Assembly: GCF_006345805.1 (NCBI RefSeq)
Contig: NW_021829440.1
Location: 1-6,376, forward strand
Length of the DNA: 6,376 bases
From: Octopus sinensis
Lineage: Eukaryota
Reading direction: 5' to 3'
The notes under the pieces are model-generated. The model was not told the origin of the DNA, did not search any database, and saw only the letters and a list, made by a program, of their open reading frames with translations. The position numbers were made by a program, and so were the translations under genes. Shown piece after piece: positions 1 to 6,010 of this stretch; position 1 is the stretch's first letter; each line of letters opens with the position of its first letter.

Positions 1-29
1 ATATATATATATATATGTGATGTAATGTA

Positions 30-75
<46 letters not shown>

Positions 76-105
76 CAATATGTATGTATACATATATATT
101 TATGT
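1..105. repeat. (TA)n-rich microsatellite / low-complexity tract
   Basis: Direct reading: long ATATAT runs with TG/TGTA interruptions. Confidence 0.95.
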
Positions 106-148
106 AAACACGCGTTGACATATAAACAAACCCTATCCCCCTATCCCT

Positions 149-164
149 TCTCTCTCTCTCTCTC
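149..164. repeat. (TC)n microsatellite
   Basis: tctctctctctctctc read directly. Confidence 0.9.
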
Positions 165-290
165 GTTCAGATGAATTCAATAATCCATTGAGCTAAATCT
201 GTTTAATATAGATTAACTGTGATTGATAATCCCATGTCATGTCAGCCATATTGACATTAAGTTTGGGTGTGGTCACTCAGTCAATATCTA

Positions 291-313
291 TGGTGGCGGT
301 GGTGGTGGTGATG
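291..313. repeat. (GGT)n imperfect trinucleotide repeat
   Basis: tggtggcggtggtggtggtgatgg read directly. Confidence 0.85.
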
Positions 314-354
314 GCGTTGAACCAAATTTCGGTACTTCGGCTTTAGTTGTAGTC

Positions 355-579
355 TTGTTGTTGTTGTTGTTGTTGTGGAACCCCGGGGTCAATACTGATT
401 GAGAAGACCCCTGATCAGAGATATACCAGTCGTGATACATCCTGTCTTTTTAAATCTGCGTAAGACTACATTGTTCATTGTGGCATTCCCGTTTTTACAA
501 CAACTTGGTGTAATTTTGGGAGATTTGGCTGTTATTTCTAGTGACCACGTTGACACTTTTCTTGCTCCCTCGTTGACTC
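355..579 (-). mobile_element. Short non-autonomous retroposon, copy 1 (HDV-like head, (AAC)n tail)
   Basis: Plus strand: (GTT)n, then aacccc(g)gggtcaatactgat...agactaca...gtgtaattttgggagatttggctgttatttctag...ctccctcgttgactc. It is colinear with the copies at 581-775 and 973-1141. Read on the minus strand, it ends in (AAC)n. Confidence 0.7.
518..579 (-). ncRNA. Candidate HDV-like ribozyme, decayed (copy 1)
   Basis: Minus strand: GAGUCAAC GAGGGAG C[10-nt insert]UCAACGU GG UCAC[~9-nt deletion]UA GAAA UAACA GCCAA AU CUCCC. P2 GGGAG/CUCCC, an L3-like UCAACGU and a J4/2-like GCCAA are present. This copy is probably inactive. Confidence 0.5.
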
Positions 580-580
580 A

Positions 581-775
581 TGCTGTTGTTAACCCCAGGT
601 CAACAATGATCAAGCACATATATGATCAACAACATTCCTTCTATGTTTTGGCATTCTCTATTTAGGACTACAATATCCAATAGGTTCTCTCTTCTTTAGA
701 AATATTTGCGTGTGATTTTAGGGGTGTTAGGCTGCTATTTCTAACAGGTTGAGTAACGTAGAGAAACTCACTTAT
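581..775 (-). mobile_element. Short retroposon, copy 2, abutting copy 1 head-to-tail
   Basis: gctgttgttaaccccaggtcaacaatgatcaagcacatatatgatcaa...aggactacaatatccaat...gtgtgattttaggggtgttaggctgctatttctaacaggttgagtaacgtagag aligns colinearly with copy 1. The head reads UCUACGU..ACUC AACC UGUUA GAAA UAGCA GCCUAA on the minus strand. Confidence 0.65.
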
Positions 776-794
776 TTTCCTGAAGGGACTGATG

Positions 795-850
795 TGAGGC
801 GAGGTTTGGCTACTATCTCTAGTAGGTGGAGCCACTGCATACAGGCTCTG
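795..850 (-). ncRNA. Isolated HDV-like head fragment with compensated GNRA hairpin
   Basis: Minus strand: GAGCC UGUAUGC AG UGGCUC CACC UACUA GAGA UAGUA GCCAA ACCUCGCCUC. The P4 stem has a compensatory G-C to A-U change and keeps a GNRA loop. Confidence 0.5.
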
Positions 851-862
851 AATCTATCTTAT

Positions 863-948
863 GAGAAGTTTAGCTGTTGTTACTAGAAGATCGCAAGACC
901 GCATGGTGGGCTGGTTTAGTTACATCGAAGATGGCTCCTTGTTGACTT
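863..948 (-). ncRNA. Highly decayed HDV-like head fragment
   Basis: Minus strand: AAGUCAAC AAGGAG CC[insert]...GCC CACCAUGC GG UCUUGC GAUC UUCUA GUAA CAACA GCUAA ACUUCUC. The motif order matches the other heads, but the stems are poor. Confidence 0.35.
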
Positions 949-972
949 ACGAATTCTTCTCATTGGTCGATT

Positions 973-1141
973 TGTTGTTGCTGTTGTTGCTATTGCTGTT
1001 TAACCCCAGGTCGGCACTTATTTAGTCAAAGGCGTCTCAGTCATGACTGTTTTACCTTTCTCTGGAAAACTCTACTCTGAAGGAATTTTGGCAACAATAC
1101 TAGCAGGTCTACTAACCCCATAAAGGTCCACTCATTAGTTC
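973..1141 (-). mobile_element. Short retroposon, copy 3 (internally deleted), with HDV-like head at 1079-1141
   Basis: Plus strand: (GTT/GCT)n, then taaccccaggtcggcact...gtcaaaggcgtctcagtcatgac. Minus-strand head: GAACUAAU GAGUGGA CC UUUAUGG GG UUAGUA GACC UGCUA GUAU UGUU GCCAA AA UUCCUUC, with P1 ACUAA/UUAGU and P2 GAGUGGA/UUCCUUC. Confidence 0.6.
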
Positions 1142-1439
1142 AGGGAACCAGTTGAACTCGATGCTGCTGCTGCTGTTGCTTATCTAACACTCATCAATGT
1201 TACCTTGCTGTCTTTCAATTCAAAAAGACAGACAAGAGGTGTAAATAGTATTAGGACACGAACGGGGCAGAAGCTTTGTGAGATTAACCGCGAGGAGGGA
1301 AAAAAATCTCTTTGCCTCCAGAAGAATAGCTGTGTTGTTGTTGTTGTTGTTCTTATTATAGGCCCTAAGCACTTAAAAGAGTTTTGGTGCCCTTCAAACA
1401 CAAAGGATACAATCTTTTCCTTAACATATTCACATCATA

Positions 1440-1842
1440 GGCGCAGGAGTGGCGGGTGGTAGTAGCTTGCTAACCAACCACCATGGTTCCGGGTTCAGTC
1501 CCACGGCGTGGCACCTTGGGCAAGTGTCTTCTACTATAGCCTCGGGCCGACCAAGCCTTGTGAGTGGATTTGGTAGACGGAAACTGAAAGAAGCCTGTGT
1601 TATATGATATATATATATGCATGTGTGTGTGTGTTTGTGTGTCTTTGTTTGTCCCCCTAGCATTGCTTGACAACCGATGCTGGTGTGTTTACGTCCCCGT
1701 TCTTAGCGGTTCGCAAAGAGACCGATAGAATAAGTACTGGGCTTACAAAGAATAAGTCGGGGTCGATTTGCTCGACTAAAGGTGTGGTTGCTCCAGCATG
1801 GCCGCAGTCAAATGACTGAAACAAATAAAAGAGTAAAGAATA
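1440..1842 (+). mobile_element. Full-length tRNA-derived SINE (octopus-type, internal microsatellite)
   Basis: A-box-like TGGCGGGTGG (1450-1459) and B-box-like GGTTCAGTCCC (1492-1502), then a CORE/MIR-like ggcaccttgggcaagtgtctt. Internal (TA)/(TG) repeat; 3' end ccagcatggccgcagtcaaatgactgaaacaaataaaagagtaaaga. No clear TSD. Assignment to an octopus family is from recall. Confidence 0.9.
1450..1502 (+). promoter_or_regulatory. Internal Pol III promoter (A and B boxes) of the SINE
   Basis: TGGCGGGTGG and GGTTCAGTCCC at tRNA-like spacing. Confidence 0.7.
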
Positions 1843-1994
1843 TCAATAATGGAATTCAAAATATTTACTATAGTAGAACTAACAAGGTATGCATTATTCT
1901 CTAAACTCGTTCTGCCACGGATATGACAAAAGAAACAATGTAAATATTTTTTGAATTCCATTATAGAAGGAAATGGATGTATTCTATGTTTGAA

Positions 1995-2356
1995 GCATCT
2001 TAGGTCAAGTGTCTTAGCTCGGGCCAACCAAAACCTTATCAATGGATTTAGAAGAGAGAAGAAAGAGGCTCGTTGTACACACACACACACACAAACTCAG
2101 ACACACTCACACACGCACGCACACACACATGCACACACACACACACGCAGGCACACACACACACACACATACGCACGTACACACACACACACATACGCAC
2201 GTACACACACACACACACACACACACACAAAACGGAGCTTATGTGTACGTGTGTGTGTATCTGTGTATTCTTGTGTTTGTGTTTTGCCCCACCACCGTTT
2301 GATAAACGGTGTTGGCTTCTTTACGTCCCCGTATCTTAGCGCTCGGCAAAATGACC
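1995..2356 (+). mobile_element. Older, headless copy of the same SINE family
   Basis: gcatcttaggtcaagtgtctt-agctcgggccaaccaaaaccttatcaatggattt matches 1510-1573. ccaccaccgtttgataaacggtgttggc...tttacgtccccgtatcttagcgctcggcaaaatgacc matches 1655-1722. No A/B box is visible. Confidence 0.75.
2077..2229. repeat. Compound (CA)n microsatellite inside SINE copy 2
   Basis: ~150 bp of CA repeat, with a duplicated 24-bp higher-order unit (catacgcacgta at 2168 and 2192). Confidence 0.95.
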
Positions 2357-2374
2357 AAAACTATTGAAAGATAA

Positions 2375-2711
2375 TCATCATCATCTATGTTACGCCAGAC
2401 TTCACAGTCCATCATAGCATTACGGAGGTCCTGTTGCTGGATGCCTGTATCCCTGGAGATTACATCAGGGTAGGAGAGTGTGCGCCCTCTGGTATCGCGA
2501 GCAGATGGCTTCCAGAGGAGAAGAGTAGAAATTACCTCGTTTTCAGCTCTACAACAATGTCCAGCAAACTGGACTCTTCTACCTTTCACAAGAGATGACA
2601 CAGGTGGTAGTTTCCCATATATTTGCATTTTGGTTGGATGACGCTTCCACGAGAGATTTTGAGCTCTCATAAGGAGGTGAGTGTAAGTTCCATCCAACTG
2701 CCTCTCAAGCT
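2375..2711 (-). mobile_element. 5'-truncated RTE-like LINE, copy A, with 11-bp TSD
   Basis: Minus-strand translation LERQLDGTYTHLLMRAQNLSWKRHPTKMQIYGKLPP...VQFAGHCCR...RGRTLSYPDVISRDTG resembles the C-terminus of an RTE ORF. (GAT)n tail. TTGAAAGATAA is duplicated at 2364-2374 and 2712-2722. About 13 substitutions against copy B over ~310 bp (manual count). Confidence 0.9.
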
Positions 2712-2991
2712 TTGAAAGATAAAAGATATGTGTCATATATAAACATTAAACACACAAATATGTATGTATATGTTTACGTATGTATCAGTGGTGTGCAGTG
2801 ACTTCTGAGGTTGGTCATACAATAAATACTTATTGGTTGAGCCGAACCATTCTGAAATTATTTAACTAAAAGAACACATTTAGTTACGTAATATATAGCC
2901 ATGGTTTTAGACCATTGTGCTGTCAAAGACAACTCAGCTAATTTATCAGGTTCCTCGTCAATTTCGGGAAAATAATTGACACTCACTCGAG

Positions 2992-3064
2992 CAGCCTGTT
3001 CTGATATTTACTGAACTCTGTACATTAAAAGACTACGTCCCGCGTACATTGAACATACAGGCTG
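2992..3064. mobile_element. 73-bp mini-MITE-like insertion flanked by CTCGAG
   Basis: Perfect 15-bp inverted repeat ACTCGAGCAGCCTGT (2985-2999) / ACAGGCTGCTCGAGT (3057-3071). It can be read as CAGCCTGT...ACAGGCTG termini plus a CTCGAG direct repeat (2986-2991, 3065-3070). Confidence 0.55.
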
Positions 3065-3074
3065 CTCGAGTCTT

Positions 3075-3181
3075 CAAAAATGCTGATTATGAAATTATAA
3101 TTTTGTTTTGTGGTAATAAAGAGTAGTTCCATCTAGTTGCTGTTGCTTTCGGAAATCCTTTTTTAACAATGTTAAAACATT
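3075..3181 (-). pseudogene. hAT transposase segment with TRWN motif
   Basis: IVKKGFPKATATRWNYS (TRWN at 3126-3137) continues the protein on the far side of the SINE at 3182-3522. The catalytic E and hATC domain are not recognisable and are probably deleted. Confidence 0.75.
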
Positions 3182-3522
3182 GTGAAGGCGCATGGCTCAC
3201 TGGTTAGAGCGTTGAGCTTACGATCGTGAGGTTGCGAGCTCGAATCCCGGACCGGGCTGCGTGTTGTGTTCTTGAGCAAGACACTTTATTTTACGTTGCT
3301 CCAGTTCACTCAGCTGTAGAAATGAGTTGCAACGTCACAGGTGCCAAGCTGTATCGGCCCTTGCCTTTCCCTTGGATAACACTGGTTGCGTGGAGAGAGG
3401 CGGCCGGTATGCATGGGCGACTGCTGGTCTTCCATAAACAACCTTGCCCGGACTTGTGCCTGGGAGGGTAACTTTCTAGGTGCAATCCCATGGTCATTCA
3501 TGACCGAAGGGAGTCTCAGAAT
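3182..3522 (+). mobile_element. tRNA-derived SINE (second family) inserted in the hAT transposase
   Basis: A box TGGCTCACTGG (3193-3203) and B-box-like AGCTCGAATCCC (3237-3248), then gtgttgtgttcttgagcaagacact. Possible decayed TSD ttaaaacatt (3172-3181) / ttaatgcatt (3523-3532), 8/10 matching. The hAT frame stops and resumes at its edges. Confidence 0.9.
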
Positions 3523-4178
3523 TTAATGCATTAGCCCTTTTCGGTGATTTCGTAAAAAATGTGCCTAGTCCATTTATTGTAGAAAAAAATATCTGACATT
3601 CTTTCATAGCAGAGCATGATTGTGAAAGAACAAGAATTTAGGATATGAGCATAACAATGAATAAAGATCGCACATTCATATTTCTTTCTTACATTTGACT
3701 GTGAATCATTTAATTGTCCTGCTATTGTAGCGGTACCATCATTGGTTTGTGCAATCAATTTGTTTCCACATTTCCACGTTTCAATGCTTTTAAAAACATG
3801 TTCAGATAAAGCATCTGCAGATCGATCTGCACAAGCATAATTAAAACTAATAAATCGTTATTTCGTAACACAATCTTTTGTAACATAACATAAAACAGTT
3901 GACAATTGTGAAGATGCCGATAAATCAGATGTTTCATCAACAAAATTAACAACGGATGTGGTTTAATTAAGTTAATTTTGTATTTCATACAACATAACCT
4001 TTTGAACTGCATCAATCAAGTCATTTTGAATTCTGTTTGAGAGGTAGAGGCTGTGTCTAGATGGGTTGCTGATTAAATATAAGAGTTCTTTATAATTTCC
4101 ACGATTATTAGATTCTTCAGATTCAAAATGACCCCAAAATGATAATTCCTGACAACCTAAAAAAATAACTACATCGAT
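3523..4178 (-). pseudogene. hAT transposase core (DUF4371-like region and DDE motifs)
   Basis: One frame with 3 stops: IDVVIFLGCQELSFWGHFESEESNNRGNYKELL...YLSNRIQNDLI...VDETSDLSASSQLS (first D, 3924-3938)...RFISF...IAQTNDGT (second D)...HCYAH (3645-3659). After a 1-nt frameshift: LNLVLSQSCSAMKECQIFFSTINGLGTFFTKSPKRANALN. Confidence 0.9.
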
Positions 4179-4454
4179 CGGCATTCCTTCGATATAGCTC
4201 GACAAGGTCGAGACATTTCACTTCGGGTATTTCCGTGGGTTTGTGGAGTAAAGATATAACGAAATTATGCCAGCAATGTCTCATTTGAAACTTGAAGTAA
4301 AAAAACCTTGCGTATTTGTTCTTACCTGCTTCATGTGTGGATGTAAAATCCGCAAATTTCCCAGCAGAAAACAGAATCGAACTGTCATTTGCTTTCACGG
4401 AAGTACCCGAAGTGAAGTGTTTTGATTTTGTCGAGTTATATCGAAAGAATTCCC
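4179..4454. mobile_element. 276-bp MITE with ~59-bp TIRs flanked by ATCGAT
   Basis: Gapless inverted arms 4173-4237 and 4396-4460 match 55/65, counting the palindromic ATCGAT. Removing the element and one ATCGAT restores the in-frame hAT sequence CGA TTG ATC GAT GTA GTT (RLIDVV). Confidence 0.8.
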
Positions 4455-4469
4455 ATCGATCAATCGTCA

Positions 4470-4982
4470 CATCATCATCATCATCGTTCGACCGTGGTCG
4501 AGACAATGGAATTTACCATGCTACGCCAGACTTCACGGTCCATCATAGCATTACGGAGGTCCTGTTGCTGGATGCCTGTATCCCTGGAGATTACATCAGG
4601 GTAGGAGAGTGTGCGCCCTCTGGTGTTGCGAGTAGATGGCTTCCAGAGGGGAAGAGTAGAAATTACCTCGTTTTCAGCTCTACAACAATGTCCAGCAAAC
4701 TGGACAAGAGATAACACAGGTGGTAGTTTCCCATATATTTGCATTTTGGTTGGATGACGCTTCCACGAAAAATTTTGAGCTCTCATAAGGAGGCGAGTGT
4801 AGGTTCCATCCAACCGCCTCTCAAGCATCTTTGATAACGTCCAGGTTTCTGAGCCATATAGTAGAATTGTTTCGACTGTGGCTTTGAAGATTTCAAGTTT
4901 GAAGTCTCCACTTAGATTTGATGACCAGATCTTATGCATGTCATTATAGGCTGACCAGGCCATACCCTTTCTAGTTAGAAAA
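4470..4982 (-). mobile_element. 5'-truncated RTE-like LINE, copy B, inserted in the hAT
   Basis: LTRKGMAWSAYNDMHKIWSS...FKATVETILLYGSETWTL...QFAGHCCR...VSTTVER* runs directly into a (GAT)n tail. It has an in-frame 15-bp deletion (KGRRV) relative to copy A. No TSD; the flanks rejoin as hAT K-I-L-*-R-L-I-D. Confidence 0.9.
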
Positions 4983-5365
4983 TTTTGGATCTATTTCGTC
5001 TAACTTCCTCATTATGATGTTGCATACTCTGTTTTTTTTGAACACGCATCTAATTGTAAGTCTACGCAAACATTCCCGAATGTTTTAAGATCTATCAAGG
5101 ATTTTATATACCTTTGAGAACGTTCATGTTTTAGCATAGCCATTTATAGATAATTTAAATCATCATAACCTTTATCATTCCAAATAGATTTTTCTAAACA
5201 AAACAACACGCATGGCCAGCAGAATAACTTATTAAGTGTATCACTACCAGTTAACCATTTTTTCTTTTCATACAAATTAACCTGAAATTGTATTGTGAAT
5301 TTCTTGTTGTAGCTTCGCAAATCAGGTAATTTCGGTTTTGGTCGATCACCTTTTATAATTACGAT
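4983..5365 (-). pseudogene. hAT transposase N-terminal segment (TTF-type zinc finger region)
   Basis: IIKGDRPKPKLPDL...NLYEKKKWLTGSDTLNKLFCWPCVLF...WNDKGYDDLNYL*MAMLKHERSQRY...LKTFGNVCVDLQLD, then a frameshift in the poly-A run, then MQHHNEEVRRNRSKI. LFCWPC is at 5210-5227. Confidence 0.85.
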
Positions 5366-5523
5366 TGTGCTTCACCGGTTGGGACTTTGGTGAACAGACT
5401 TATCACATCTAGACTCACCATCTGGTTGGATTCAATAGGGGTATCCTTCATCAATTCTGTGAAGTGGGTGGAATTCTTCACGAACAATGTTGACTTTCCT
5501 GCTAATGGACTGATTATATCCAC
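5363..5523 (-). pseudogene. Penelope-like element (PLE) reverse transcriptase fragment
   Basis: Stop-free ~54 codons: VDIISPLAGKSTLFVKNSTHFTELMKDTPIESNQMVSLDVISLFTKVPTGEAQS. This is the typical PLE RT pattern, xxKNSxxF followed by VS(F/L)DVxSLFTxVP (5380-5418). Confidence 0.85.
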
Positions 5524-5535
5524 TCCATAATTGCC

Positions 5536-5780
5536 CACGGAAATATGGCGTAGTGGTTAAGAGCGCGGGCTACTAACCCCAAGATCCGAGTTAACAACAA
5601 CAACAACATATTGGAAAATACCTTAGGAATGAGAACCCAGGTTCCAAAATTTCCCCAAGACACCTGAAGAAGGCTGGAGGGTGTATCAGCTGAAACGTTG
5701 TGTTAACAACAAACAAGATGAGGACAAATATCCGTCAAATGTAAATAATGTACATAATTCCTCATCTCTTAAATATAGAA
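5536..5780 (+). mobile_element. tRNA-headed, hammerhead-containing short element (SINE/PLE-pLTR chimera)
   Basis: A box TGGCGTAGTGG (5546-5556), D-arm/anticodon-like ttaagagcgcgggctactaacccc, and a B box cut off after GAGTT (5588-5592) by an (AAC)n run. Hammerhead at 5659-5704 and a 3' hairpin AGATGAGGA (5716-5724) / TCCTCATCT (5759-5767). Confidence 0.8.
5659..5704 (+). ncRNA. Minimal type I hammerhead ribozyme (PLE type)
   Basis: Stem I GACAC/GUGUU; core CUGAAGA (5664-5670) plus one extra A; stem II GGCUGG/UCAGCU; GAA followed by palindromic ACGU in place of stem III; predicted cleavage after U5699. Confidence 0.75.
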
Positions 5781-5784
5781 ATGT

Positions 5785-5965
5785 GTATTATTATTCTTAT
5801 TATTCTTATTAGTAGTAGTGTGTGTGTGTGTGCATGTGTGTATTTATATTATATATATATACATACACATACGCACCACCACACATTATATATATATATA
5901 TTTACATATATATATATATATTTACATATATATATATTTACATATATTATATATATCATATATTA
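5785..5965. repeat. Compound (TAT)/(TG)/(TA) microsatellite block
   Basis: Direct reading. Confidence 0.9.
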
Positions 5966-6010
5966 TAGTTTCTTACATCTGTGAAAACGACTTATTGATG
6001 GACACTTGTT

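Larger units (their letters stand above)
2786..5365 (-). mobile_element. Decayed hAT DNA transposon (ZMYM1/THAP12-like transposase), interrupted by four insertions
   Basis: The terminus CAGTGGTGTGCAGTG at 2786 is a hAT-like TIR. Transposase motifs appear in the expected order on the minus strand (see pseudogene segments). The 5' end and second TIR are missing, so the TSD cannot be tested. Confidence 0.85.

Noticed and set aside
131-147. GGG-rich minus-strand motif (possible G-quadruplex or telomere-like repeat)
   Set aside because: It has only three G-runs and is just a short duplication of ccctatcc.
149-173. Polypyrimidine tract plus CAG resembling a splice acceptor before ATG
   Set aside because: The pyrimidine tract is a (TC)n microsatellite, the ATG frame closes within a few codons, and there is no supporting exon evidence.
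399-665. 88-aa hydrophobic ORF
   Set aside because: It has a TTG start, lies antisense within the repeat cluster and has no recognisable domain.
355-1141. CRISPR-like reading of the repeated motifs
   Set aside because: The repeats are highly diverged with homologous intervening sequence, the context is eukaryotic, and there are no cas genes.
1180-1673. Short ORFs on both strands around the first SINE
   Set aside because: They are chance frames through (GTT)n and SINE sequence with no protein motifs.
1776-2367. His/Thr- and Cys/Val-rich ORFs (1776-2090, 1951-2367, 2042-2302, 2048-2230, 2073-2339)
   Set aside because: They are translations of the (CA)n microsatellite and SINE sequence.
3182-3250. 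Possible real tRNA genes at the SINE heads (also 1440-1502 and 5536-5592)
   Set aside because: None has a complete cloverleaf or acceptor stem, and each runs on into a repeat body.
3226-3501. ORFs inside the SINE at 3182-3522
   Set aside because: They are chance frames in a non-coding SINE.
3755-4015. 86-aa minus-strand ORF
   Set aside because: It is the wrong frame. The real transposase (VDETSD...RFISF) is in the stop-interrupted frame that joins 3972-4205 to 3531-3758.
4112-4118. CUGAAGA hammerhead-like core on the minus strand
   Set aside because: It encodes the SEE residues of the hAT transposase and has no stem II or GAAAC partner.
4123-4714. ORFs 4123-4506(-), 4316-4714(+) and 4422-4604(+), two of which share a PEVKCxDxVELYR peptide
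   Set aside because: The shared peptide comes from the MITE's inverted arms read on opposite strands. The rest is RTE tail or antisense sequence.
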